From positions 736,001 to 800,000 of the forward strand of contig CAXXMB010000002.1 of assembly GCA_963668675.2 (NCBI GenBank): a DNA stretch of 64,000 nt. The letters are read 5' to 3'. The stretch is from an uncultured Desulfatitalea sp. Lineage in GTDB: Bacteria; Desulfobacterota; Desulfobacteria; Desulfobacterales; Desulfosarcinaceae. Below the pieces are notes generated by a model. The model saw only the letters and a program-made list of their open reading frames with translations. It ran no database searches and was not told the origin of the DNA. Within the stretch, counting starts at the first letter, position 1, and each line of letters starts with the position of its first letter. Positions 29,345 through 38,920 of the stretch are shown piece by piece. The position numbers and the translations under genes are program-made.

Positions 29345-31444
29345 ATGGAGCGGACTGTCGCCGAACACCAATCCTTTCTTTCGAACACGGAAGTCTCCCG
29401 TGAAGAGAAAAGCCAGGTAGCGCGACTGGAGACTTACGATGCCCTCCTTGATATACCTCTGCCCGAAAAAGAGATTGGCCGGCGGCAACTGATCAACAAA
29501 CTCAACAGTCTCAACTTCCGGGATCAGACGGTCAGGGTTATTTTCGAACACCGCGAATACGCCAGGACCCTTGCACTGAAGGCGTATCCATTGCCATGCA
29601 AAGATGCCCGTCTGGTCTGTCAATGGGCAGAAGCGTTCGATCACGATCAGCTCATCGAATCCTACCGTTTTCAATGCCTGCACGTTCCGAAAGACCAGCA
29701 ACTGCTGAAAGTCCAACCCGAAGTCAACGCCATCGATGAGCACCAGATCATCCTCACCCTGCCGGAGACTTGTGTTGAAATCAGCACCCGCATCATTCAT
29801 CGCCACCAGTGCACGGAGGTCTCGGCCTATCTCTTTCAGAACGGCGCCACCTATTTCGGCAGCCTCATGGATTACGGCGCAGCGCAATTTCGCGTCAATG
29901 TCGGCACCGCACCCCCCCAAACCTTTCGCTGGATCGAGGCCGACCTGCCGGTCACCATCGTCTTCACCAAGGCAGACCGCACCCTATACTCCGGCGAGTG
30001 CCGCATCGTGCGGCACGACAGGGGGATACAGTCACGCCAGTTTATACTGGAACCGACGCAGCACCAGATGCGCCGCTTTCAAAACAGAGAATTCAGAAGT
30101 TTCCGGCATCAACTATCACCGCCTCCGGATGTCTCCTTCCAACACCCCTTGTTCGGCAAAAAAATATTTCTAAAAGTGTATGACATATCAGGATCGGGGC
30201 TCTCCGTGGAGGAGGATGCATCTTCAACCGTATTGCTGCCCGGGCTCATTTTGCCCGAGCTGGACCTGGTGTTCAGTGACGGCACCACCTTGCGCTGCAT
30301 GGCCCAGGTGGTCTACTGCAAACCCCAAAACGATGCCCCAAAACCCGTGGTGCGATGCGGCCTGACCATCCTTGACATGAACGTGGAAGATCATATCCGA
30401 CTCCTGGGTTGGATGCACCAGACCACCGATGCACACGCCTATGTCTGTAAAAAAGTCGACATGGACGCCCTGTGGGATTTCTTTTTCGAGACCGGTTTCA
30501 TCTACCCTGAAAAGTACGAATTTATCCAGGCCAACAAAGAGAAAATCAAAGCCACCTACGAGAAGTTGTACAACAAGAATCCGAGTGTGGCCAGCCACTT
30601 CATCTACCAGAGAGACGGACATATCCTGGCCCATATCGCGGCGGTACGGTTCTATGAATCTTCCTGGCTGCTGCACCACCATGCAGCGGTACGCGTTGCC
30701 AACAATCGCGGCGGACTGATCGTCCTCAACCAGATCGGCCGGTTTATCAACGAGTCCCACCGCCTCTACTCCATGAATATGGATTACGTCTTCTGCTACT
30801 ATCGCCCGGACAACAAATTTCCTGCCCATGTTTTCGGCGGAGCGGCCCGCAACATTCGAAACCCCAAAATCTGTTCACTCGATCACTTTGCCTACTTTCA
30901 CCATTGCAAACATCCGGAGGAGAACAACACATTCCCCAACAACTGGCAGCTGACCGAAGTGCGGGAAGACGATCTGAGGGACTTAGAGACATTTTATGAG
31001 GAGCACTCCGGCGGCCTGATGCTGCAAAATCTGCACTTGAGCCCCGACCGATTCAATTGCAACGGGGTGACCGCCACCTACCACCGGATCGGTCTAAAGC
31101 GCGAACGTCACCTGATCGCCCTTCGCTACCGAGACAAACTCAGCGCCATCATCATGGCCAATGTGGCAGATCTCGGACTCAACATGTCCGAACTGACCAA
31201 TGCCATCACCATTATCGTCGTCAACAAGAGGCAATTGACGCCGGGCATCGTTGAGTCGGTCGTTGAAGAAGTGTCCCACTTTTATGAGAACAGTGAAGTG
31301 CCCGTTCTGCTCTACCCGCAACAAACGGCACAGCAGATGGGCATTCACAGTGAAAAGCAGTACGCCCTGTGGGTGTACGATACGAGGAACCTGGACCCCT
31401 ATTTTAGATTTTTAAAGCGCCTGTTAAAGTACATACAGCACTAG
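29345..31444 (+). CDS. Tandem PilZ-like domains with C-terminal GNAT-like region
   Basis: RIIHR, REFRSFR and YDISGSG (DxSxxG) PilZ motifs; the GNAT fold is inferred from the pattern of the C-terminal half; start uncertain (ORF open from 29243). Confidence 0.7.
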   Translation: MERTVAEHQSFLSNTEVSREEKSQVARLETYDALLDIPLPEKEIGRRQLINKLNSLNFRDQTVRVIFEHREYARTLALKAYPLPCKDARLVCQWAEAFDHDQLIESYRFQCLHVPKDQQLLKVQPEVNAIDEHQIILTLPETCVEISTRIIHRHQCTEVSAYLFQNGATYFGSLMDYGAAQFRVNVGTAPPQTFRWIEADLPVTIVFTKADRTLYSGECRIVRHDRGIQSRQFILEPTQHQMRRFQNREFRSFRHQLSPPPDVSFQHPLFGKKIFLKVYDISGSGLSVEEDASSTVLLPGLILPELDLVFSDGTTLRCMAQVVYCKPQNDAPKPVVRCGLTILDMNVEDHIRLLGWMHQTTDAHAYVCKKVDMDALWDFFFETGFIYPEKYEFIQANKEKIKATYEKLYNKNPSVASHFIYQRDGHILAHIAAVRFYESSWLLHHHAAVRVANNRGGLIVLNQIGRFINESHRLYSMNMDYVFCYYRPDNKFPAHVFGGAARNIRNPKICSLDHFAYFHHCKHPEENNTFPNNWQLTEVREDDLRDLETFYEEHSGGLMLQNLHLSPDRFNCNGVTATYHRIGLKRERHLIALRYRDKLSAIIMANVADLGLNMSELTNAITIIVVNKRQLTPGIVESVVEEVSHFYENSEVPVLLYPQQTAQQMGIHSEKQYALWVYDTRNLDPYFRFLKRLLKYIQH

Positions 31445-31475
31445 CCCTTTGCAAATTGAGCGGAAACTGACCACT

Positions 31476-33437
31476 ATGGACGAACATTCCATCTCGCCTG
31501 ACCACCGCATTTACAACAGTCGCCTTATCGACAACTACATCCGGCTGCTTAAACGCCGGTACAGCTTCGTCGACATCGACGAAGTCCTCGAATATGCCGA
31601 CATGAAGGCGTATGAAGTGAACGATCAGGGGCACTGGTTTACCCAGAAGCAGATCGACCGTTTCTACGCCATCGTCAAGCACAAGACCGGAAATGAGAAT
31701 ATCGCCCGCGAAGCCGGCAAATTTGCGGCATCACCCGAGGCCATGGGGGTGATGCGCCAATACGCCTTGGGGCTGATCGGCCCATCCAAGGTGTATGAAC
31801 GCATTCGCATGGTAACGGCCCGAATGACCAAATCGGCCATCTACGAATCGCGCAAGATTTCTCACAACTGCATCGAAATCACGGTCACCCCGCGAAAAGG
31901 GGCTGAAGAGAAGCCATTTCAATGTGAAAACAGGATCGGGTTCTGGGAAGCCATTGCCGAAATGTTCAACACCCGTATCCCCCGCATCGACCATCCCCAG
32001 TGCATGTTCAAAGGGGACAAGATCTGCCGCTACCTTATCACATGGGAAATTCAGGGATCGGCCATCTGGAAGGCAGCTCGAAATATCGCACTGTTTCTGC
32101 TGCTCTTGATCACCATGATCTTCGGCCTGATCGATCCCTACACCGCCTTGACGACCATCATCCCGCTGGCCGCCTCGGTCTTTCTTGTCCTGACCGTTAT
32201 CGCCGGGTATCAGGAGAAGCGTGAGATCAAGTCGATCCTCTCCAACTTCCAGAGCACCTCCAACGAACTGATCGAGCAGATCGAAACCAACTACAACAAC
32301 TCAAGGCTGACCAGTGAAATCGGAGAGACCATCACCAGCCAAACCAACATCGAAGGCGTTCTCTCCAAAGTGGTGCAACTGTTCCAAAAACGCCTCAACT
32401 ACGACCGCGGCCTGATCATGCTGGCCAATCCCGAAGGCACCCGCCTGATCTTCAGAGCAGGCTTCGGGTACAAGGGAGACAAACTGGAACTGTTGAAAAG
32501 AACCGCCTTTCACCTGGATCGAGCCGATTCAGCCGGCATGTTCGTGGCCAGTTTCAAAGAGCAAAAGCCATTCCTAGTCAATGACATCACAGAAATCGGA
32601 CCGCTGCTCTCTTCCCGCAGCCAGGCCTTTGCCCGCGAAATGGGATCCCAATCCTTTATCTGCTGTCCGATTATCTGCGACGGAACGTCACTGGGAATTC
32701 TGGCGGTGGACAATCTCAGGTCCAAGAAACCGCTGGTGGAGTCGGACCTGAGCCTGCTGCTGGGCATCGCCCATGTGATCGGCATCAGCGTGCGCAACGT
32801 CGAACTTCTGGACGAACGCAACCGCCAGATGCAATCCATACTGCAAACCCTGGCCGCCAGTATCGATGCCCGCGATCCGCTCACGGCCGGCCACTCCGCC
32901 AAAGTGACCGAATACGCGCTGGGCATCTCCAGGGAACTCGAACTGCCCAACGACTACTGCGAGGCGGTGCGGGTCGCCGCCCTGCTGCACGACTATGGGA
33001 AGATCGGCGTCCCCGATGCGATATTGAAAAAGCCCGGCCGCCTGACCCGCGAAGAGTACGAGATCGTCAAAACCCATGCTGCCAAATCGCGCCAGATCCT
33101 GGAGCAGATCAACTTCAGCGGCACCCTGACCCAGGTGCCTGAAATCGCCGGCGCCCACCACGAAAAAATAGACGGCAGCGGCTATCCGCTCGGCCTGAAG
33201 GGGGAGGAGATCCCGCTGGGCGCCCGCATCATTGCCGTTGCCGACTTCTTTGAGGCCATCACGGCCAAAAGGCACTACCGCGATCCGCTACCGCTGGAAG
33301 TCGCGCTGCATCTTCTGGAAAAAGAGCGGGGCGTCCATTTCGAGGAACGCATCGTCGACGCGTTCCGAAATTACCACCACAACACCTATATGGCCGGTCC
33401 ATCCGTTCGTCAAAGATCTTACAAGAAGGTATCGTAG
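31476..33437 (+). CDS. HD-GYP phosphodiesterase with V4R/H-NOX-like sensor, 2 TM segments and GAF domain
   Basis: C..RIG..E...HPQC...GD..CRY V4R-like motif; two TM helices; GAF (CCPI...GILAVDN); HDYGK and HHEKIDGSGYP. Confidence 0.88.
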   Translation: MDEHSISPDHRIYNSRLIDNYIRLLKRRYSFVDIDEVLEYADMKAYEVNDQGHWFTQKQIDRFYAIVKHKTGNENIAREAGKFAASPEAMGVMRQYALGLIGPSKVYERIRMVTARMTKSAIYESRKISHNCIEITVTPRKGAEEKPFQCENRIGFWEAIAEMFNTRIPRIDHPQCMFKGDKICRYLITWEIQGSAIWKAARNIALFLLLLITMIFGLIDPYTALTTIIPLAASVFLVLTVIAGYQEKREIKSILSNFQSTSNELIEQIETNYNNSRLTSEIGETITSQTNIEGVLSKVVQLFQKRLNYDRGLIMLANPEGTRLIFRAGFGYKGDKLELLKRTAFHLDRADSAGMFVASFKEQKPFLVNDITEIGPLLSSRSQAFAREMGSQSFICCPIICDGTSLGILAVDNLRSKKPLVESDLSLLLGIAHVIGISVRNVELLDERNRQMQSILQTLAASIDARDPLTAGHSAKVTEYALGISRELELPNDYCEAVRVAALLHDYGKIGVPDAILKKPGRLTREEYEIVKTHAAKSRQILEQINFSGTLTQVPEIAGAHHEKIDGSGYPLGLKGEEIPLGARIIAVADFFEAITAKRHYRDPLPLEVALHLLEKERGVHFEERIVDAFRNYHHNTYMAGPSVRQRSYKKVS

Positions 33438-33463
33438 ATAAATAGTCGGGCAACTCAATACTT

Positions 33464-33610
33464 TATTGAACCGGCAATTAAAAAGGCCAACCTTCGTCAC
33501 CCGGACTCGATCCGGGATCCAGACAGCACCTGTATAGCGTTGAAACTTCACTGCGTGCCCGGCTTTCGCCGGAATGACGCCTGTTGATATCTTTAGTTGC
33601 CGGGGTACAA
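33464..33610. mobile_element. MITE/REPIN-like element, family A, diverged, with insert
   Basis: TATTGAACCGGCAATTAA...GTCACCCGGACTCGATCCGGGATCCAG...GCCGGAATGAC...TTGCCGGGG. Confidence 0.75.
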
Positions 33611-33621
33611 CCAAATATGGA

Positions 33622-33813
33622 GGCGTATCTGCCCGGTAGCAATATCCCCCTGTGCCTTGAGCGAATCATTTTACTGCTGCTTAGAGGCAGCGGAGGAAAA
33701 GCGGTCTGCACTGTTTGAGCGCAGCGAGTTTGCAGACCGCCCGGAGCGCCTCTTAGCAGCAGTTAAATGATTCAGCGTCGCACAGGGGGATATTGCTACC
33801 AGGCAGATACGCC
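33622..33813. repeat. Long rod-hairpin element, family H, copy 2
   Basis: Near-perfect arms GGCGTATCTGCCCGGTAGCAATATCCCCCTGTGC and its complement; core ACTGTTTGAGCGCAGCGAGTTT. Confidence 0.8.
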
Positions 33814-33875
33814 GACGCATAGCCACCCAAGTCTCTGTATGATCTGCTTTCCCGGGATAGCATTTAGTTTAAGGC

Positions 33876-36317
33876 TCAAACCGCCCCTGCTGCAACCTTG
33901 ACCGGCTCCTGGGACTTATACAGATCCCATAACTGTAGAAACGCATTCTCGAACGAACGCGCTTCCACATATTTGCGTGCCTCGATTCCCATCTTCATGC
34001 GCAGCGATTCATTGTCGACCAGCCCCCGAATCGCCGCCAACATGCTCTCCATATCATCCGCCTGGCAAACCAGCCCGGTCTTCTCCTCGATGATGTTCTC
34101 ACACGGCCCCCCCTGATCGGTAACCACCACGGGGATACCGGAAGCCTGCGCCTCGAGGACCACATTGCCGAAGGTGTCGGTGGTGCTGGGGAAGACAAAC
34201 AAATCGGCCGAAGCATAGACCGAGGCAAGGCGATCTCCACTCAAGTAGCCGGTAAAACAGCACGGCAGCCCTTTCAACTCGGCCTGCATCTCCTGCAGGT
34301 AGGGACCGTCGCCGACCACCACCATCTGCACCTTCTCTCCGTCGCCAACCATCCGCTTAAACGCCTCGCTGAGCAAGTGCAAATTTTTCTCTTTGGAGAC
34401 CCGTCCCACATAGAGCAGCTTAGAACCTTCGGGAAGCTGATATCGCTTTTTGAAAATGCCATTGCGCTTGGACGGATTGAAGCGTTCGACGTCGATGCCA
34501 CGCGGATAGAGCCGGATCTTATCGGGGTGGATCCCCTTTGAACTCAACTCCTCCTTGGTGCTCTGCGACGGGGCATAGATGACATCGAGTTGGTCGTAGA
34601 ACCAGAGGCAATATTTCCAGGCCAAATCCTCGATGGCCTCATCTCCGGTGAGAATTTGGGCGTACTGGGGGATGGCCGTATGGTAGGTGCCGCTGGTCGG
34701 CAACTTGAGAATTTTAGCAATGGCCAAGCCGGCCAACCCCACCGGCCCGGGTGTGGCCAGATGGATATGGTCGATCTGCTCGTCGTAGCAGAAAGAGAGC
34801 ATCTCCAGGAACGGCGGATAGAAGATCTTCTGCTCGGGATACTCCGGCAGCTCATACGTACCGATGGGCGTGAAATTGCACACCCCGGGATGGTCTTTCT
34901 CGCCGTCCGCAGCATGGCACGTCACCAGCTTGTAGATCTTGTGGTGCTTATGCGCGTAGTGCACCTGCTGCTGCAGGGTCTGAGCCACCCCGTTCACTTC
35001 GTAAAAGGTATCGGTGAAGTGGGCCAGCCGGAACGGCTCACGCTCACTCACGCTACCGGAAGCGTTGAACTCTTTTCGTATGCCCTCACTGAAAGTACGA
35101 TCCTTGGCGAATTGGGCATAGGCCACAAAGTATGGCGCCAGAAGCGTATAGAGGCCACCGGCCGAACCGATGGTCGAGAAGATGTTGAACAGATTGGCAC
35201 CGGAAAGATGATCCAGCAGATGGTTGCCGAAATGGAGCATCACCCCTTTGGAGGCACGATTGACAAAATCAAACCACCTCTTCTCCTGCAATACCCCATC
35301 TTTCGATTTTGCGGTGGCATCGTAGAAGTCCGGATCCTCGTTGATCAACTGCCGCGTCTCGTGGCGCAGCAGGGTCATCAACGAGTCTGAGACCGGAATC
35401 TTGGCCCGCTTCTCCTTACGGTGCTGCCAGAGAAGGTACAATCGGGACAAAATCCCCGGTTGTACATTCTCATCCACCTGCAGGTTGCGGTCTAGAAACC
35501 GCATGAGCACATCCTTGTCGGCATACTGCTCGAGATTGAATTTGCTGCGGTAGTACTGATAGGCAATGCCGTAGAGGTTGTGCCCCATGGTCAGCGGCGT
35601 GGCCGATTGGCTGATCACCTCGGTCGAAATGCCCTTCAACCGGGCGGAGAGCACTTGCGGACGATCCACCCCCTCAATACAGGTGTAGGTTCTGGCGATG
35701 TTCAAGGCGCTGTGGTCGTCGGAGCCACCCCACAACTGCTTCTCCCATGGCTGGGGGCAGAGGGGAACCTGGTCGTGGGTGTTGGCCAACCGCTCGATGA
35801 ATTCAGGCGTCAGGTTGCCGATAACCTCCCGGATCGTTTGATTCTCACGTGGATTGCGGGCGCCGTTGAGTTCGAAATTCTGAAACAGCAGGAGCATCTT
35901 TTCGAAATGGCCTCTGGTCAGCCGGTCGTTGATGGCATACATCGGATGCGCGACGATCGAGAGAATCTGCTCCTGCCAGAGGAAACGGGCCAGGTCAAAA
36001 ATATTCTCGCGGATCTTCTGGATCTCTTGATGTTGGGCCTCGGTGATGTTCAAGGCAAGCACATGCACCTTGCAGTGGTTGTCCGGGAAGTAGGTCGTGA
36101 TCTCTTCGCTGATGAACGTATCGGCCAGATGGGCGATCTCCAGGGCACCGTCGATGGTATTGTGATCGCTGATCGTCACATGGGTCATGCCGAGGCTCTT
36201 GGCGATCTGGTAGAGCCGCAGCGGTTCGGTAAAACTCTCGGGGCATCCCAGTTTCTTCAGAATCCATTGACTCGGTCTTTTGGAGAACTTGGAGTGTACG
36301 TGTACATCAATGCGCAT
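33876..36317 (-). CDS. PHP metal-hydrolase domain fused to a GT4 glycosyltransferase
   Basis: DVHVHS, SDHN and GSDDH (PHP); DTFYEVNGV, YVGRVSKEKN and DTFGNVVLEAQASG (GT4). Confidence 0.88.
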   Translation of the reverse strand: MRIDVHVHSKFSKRPSQWILKKLGCPESFTEPLRLYQIAKSLGMTHVTISDHNTIDGALEIAHLADTFISEEITTYFPDNHCKVHVLALNITEAQHQEIQKIRENIFDLARFLWQEQILSIVAHPMYAINDRLTRGHFEKMLLLFQNFELNGARNPRENQTIREVIGNLTPEFIERLANTHDQVPLCPQPWEKQLWGGSDDHSALNIARTYTCIEGVDRPQVLSARLKGISTEVISQSATPLTMGHNLYGIAYQYYRSKFNLEQYADKDVLMRFLDRNLQVDENVQPGILSRLYLLWQHRKEKRAKIPVSDSLMTLLRHETRQLINEDPDFYDATAKSKDGVLQEKRWFDFVNRASKGVMLHFGNHLLDHLSGANLFNIFSTIGSAGGLYTLLAPYFVAYAQFAKDRTFSEGIRKEFNASGSVSEREPFRLAHFTDTFYEVNGVAQTLQQQVHYAHKHHKIYKLVTCHAADGEKDHPGVCNFTPIGTYELPEYPEQKIFYPPFLEMLSFCYDEQIDHIHLATPGPVGLAGLAIAKILKLPTSGTYHTAIPQYAQILTGDEAIEDLAWKYCLWFYDQLDVIYAPSQSTKEELSSKGIHPDKIRLYPRGIDVERFNPSKRNGIFKKRYQLPEGSKLLYVGRVSKEKNLHLLSEAFKRMVGDGEKVQMVVVGDGPYLQEMQAELKGLPCCFTGYLSGDRLASVYASADLFVFPSTTDTFGNVVLEAQASGIPVVVTDQGGPCENIIEEKTGLVCQADDMESMLAAIRGLVDNESLRMKMGIEARKYVEARSFENAFLQLWDLYKSQEPVKVAAGAV

Positions 36318-36409
36318 AATTTTTCTCCTCTTACGGTCCGTATTGGACTATTTTTAAGGGCTGGACGGTTAAAGCAGGATTAGCGCATTGATAGAATTTG
36401 ATGTGGGTC

Positions 36410-37705
36410 TCAATTTCGAAAGCGTTTCAGGCGGTCCACATCCATGGGTTGTCGGCCATCGAACATCCCGCAGGCAAAATAGTAGCGCAGATCGCCGGCC
36501 CAGAAGCGCGCATACGCTCTGTCCGCGGCCATCTTGCGCATCAACTTGATTGGCGTGCGCAACCCCATCAAAAGCGGAGCGCAAAGCTCGGATGGATCGC
36601 GAAAGCACTCCCAATCACATCGCTGGCAGTCGCCATCGGGCGCGATGGCGTCGATATCCAACTCCCAGAACCGGCCGAGGTTTTCATTGCCGCGATATCC
36701 ACACGGATAGGTGTTGCCGTCCTGGGCATCGACGAAGAAAAAGTCGATCCCGCCGCGACAACCAAAAGCGGGCACCGAACCGTTGGCGCCCGCATGGGTT
36801 CGATGGAGCATGTAAAGCGAACTGAGCGGAGAGAAGATGCGCATGCGATGACGGTGACGGGGGATCGTATCGAGAAGCGCCTTGTAGAGCATAGCCTTCT
36901 CGTCGGCAGCGAAGCGGACGATATCTTCAGTCGTGGTGGCAGCGTAAACCGCGCTGAGGCCCGTCTCCTGTTCGCAGGCACTGATACTCATGGGGTAGCA
37001 GGTGTTGACCGTGGAAAATCCCAACTCCCTGGCAAAACAGTAGAACCGGTCCAGCGCAGATACGTAGGCGTGATAAAAGGCGTTGAGATAGTCGGCGCGG
37101 CGCGCATAAGACCCGGCGCGCAGATCGGCTGTCTGGGCGCCGCCCACCTGGCGATTGAGCCCCAGATTGGCCGAGGGATAGATCCCGTGGGCATGAAAGA
37201 TCGGCAAGGCCTTTTCGATACCGGCCACCACACCCGGCAACCCTCTCATCCGCTCATGGATTTCGGGCGATGCCGAATCGATGCTGATCCAGAAGTTGCG
37301 CAAGGGGGTCTCGGCCAGCCGCTGTGCCAACCGTTCGATCCTGCGCTTGAAACCTGGCCGGTCGGCACCGCAAAAGATAAAACCGTTGGTCCCGGTTCGA
37401 ATATAAGGAATGCCCTTCTGCCCGGCATACGATATCCATTCCACCAATTGATCGAGCAACAGCAGCGGCTCGCCTCCGGTAAACGAGACCGCCTGCACGC
37501 CGCGGGCCTGACACCCGTCCAGGATGCGATAGATGGCATCGCCGGACAGTGTGAATCGGGGGATATCCGCTGTGCGCCGCATACCACACTGGGGACAGGT
37601 GGCGTTGCAGCGATTGGTGGTCTGTATCACCAGTTGGGGAGGGATGCGATTACGGGCAAATTGACCGATCCGCCTGGCCGTCGCCCCCAAGAAATTGTGT
37701 TTCAT
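36410..37705 (-). CDS. Radical SAM enzyme with C-terminal Cys cluster (SPASM/Twitch-like)
   Basis: CNATCPQC, FTGGEP, TNG and ISIDS; C-terminal CRGG...YPCG...CQRCDWEC. Confidence 0.9.
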   Translation of the reverse strand: MKHNFLGATARRIGQFARNRIPPQLVIQTTNRCNATCPQCGMRRTADIPRFTLSGDAIYRILDGCQARGVQAVSFTGGEPLLLLDQLVEWISYAGQKGIPYIRTGTNGFIFCGADRPGFKRRIERLAQRLAETPLRNFWISIDSASPEIHERMRGLPGVVAGIEKALPIFHAHGIYPSANLGLNRQVGGAQTADLRAGSYARRADYLNAFYHAYVSALDRFYCFARELGFSTVNTCYPMSISACEQETGLSAVYAATTTEDIVRFAADEKAMLYKALLDTIPRHRHRMRIFSPLSSLYMLHRTHAGANGSVPAFGCRGGIDFFFVDAQDGNTYPCGYRGNENLGRFWELDIDAIAPDGDCQRCDWECFRDPSELCAPLLMGLRTPIKLMRKMAADRAYARFWAGDLRYYFACGMFDGRQPMDVDRLKRFRN

Positions 37706-37738
37706 CTACCAGGCCTCTGTTAGAGGTGAAAATTCAAT

Positions 37739-37886
37739 TATTAAACCGGCAATTAAATAGGCCAACCCTTGTCATCCCGGACTTGATCCGGGATCCAGGA
37801 ACGGTCTGGATAGCGCCAAGGCTTCACTGCGTGCCCGGCCTGCGCCGGAATGACGATTGCTAAGGTAGTTAATTGCCGGGTTAATA
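37739..37886. mobile_element. MITE/REPIN-like element, family A, with 22-nt insert (148 nt)
   Basis: Same TIRs and REP pair; AGCGCCAAGGCTTCACTGCGTG inserted after CTGGAT. Confidence 0.85.
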
Positions 37887-38116
37887 ATAGCAACGATTTT
37901 AGGCATTCATGGGCCCTCAACGTTAGGGCCCGATGAGGAGAAGGTTTGCATTATGTTAGAAAGCCCTGGGCTGCTAACACATTTCTAACATTCGTCTGGT
38001 ACTCACCCCATAACCTGATGAGAAACACGAAAGCAGCATCAAATCAGGAAGTTCAACCTATCCACATTGGACAGACATGCGTGGGACACATCAATTCGAT
38101 TGGGGGGAGATTCGCT

Positions 38117-38383
38117 ATGTTGTCGTCATCATTAAGCATCTCTGAGTTTTTTAAAAAAGCTGAGGGCCACTCTTACCTGGAGATCATCCAGATGGCCGAC
38201 GAAGAGGCCACTGCAGTCGAGCGTCTCTACTACAAATCGTGCCGCGATGAGGAGTGCGTCAAAATCGTCCAATATATCGGATGCCTCAAGGATTTCATCC
38301 TGTACATGCGCCACGGCATTCGAACCAGAATCACACGCGATCTCAATCTAAGACCCTTCAAAGAGGTTCGCCTGGAACAGTAG
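38117..38383 (+). CDS. Hypothetical protein (88 aa)
   Basis: GGGAGA RBS; host-like codon usage; no recognised motif. Confidence 0.6.
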   Translation: MLSSSLSISEFFKKAEGHSYLEIIQMADEEATAVERLYYKSCRDEECVKIVQYIGCLKDFILYMRHGIRTRITRDLNLRPFKEVRLEQ

Positions 38384-38469
38384 CGAAAACCCAAAAAACT
38401 CCCCTTCGGGCCATAGAAGCCGGAGGCTTGAGCACACCTGTCGCCGCTTTCCTTTTTCACTTATTCAAT

Positions 38470-38630
38470 CTCGATGCGCTCGTAAAAAGTCACAAAAGTG
38501 CTTTTCCCGTCATTGAGGCGAAAGCCGGGCACGCAGTGAAGCCTTGGCGCTATCCAGTCTTTTCAATGGTTTCTGGATGCCGGATCACGTCCGGCATGAC
38601 GTGTGAGCGACGAAAAACGAGTTCATCAAT
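38470..38630. mobile_element. MITE/REPIN-like element, family B, diverged, with 22-nt insert
   Basis: GATGCGCTCGTAAAAAGT...AAAACGAGTTCATCAA ends; reverse-orientation relative of 57674-57810. Confidence 0.75.
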
Positions 38631-38920
38631 CTTGTTATCTTAAAGAGTTTGTGCTGCCGCTTGCGTTGATAAGATTGACATCACACTCAGAACTCCCACT
38701 CAAAATCGAAATTAGGTTTGTTAATGATCAAACTCAAGAGCGCTCCATTGATCCGGCCGATGGCCCGTGTTAGATTTCTGTGAGCTTATGATTAAGATAC
38801 GGTTAACAACACGCCGCACCGGCAAAGAGACGAACAGGCAGCCCGAACCATCGTACGCCTGTCTGGTGAGTCCGCCGACAGCTCTATCCGGCTCATGGAA
38901 AAAGAACCAAGGGAAGGGCC

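Noticed and set aside
36398..37723. 441-aa plus-strand ORF
   Set aside because: Antisense shadow of the radical SAM gene; no motifs; expected in GC-rich DNA
38734..38763. Sigma-28-like boxes TCAA...GCCGATGG
   Set aside because: Spacer is 18 nt rather than about 15, and the -10 box is imperfect
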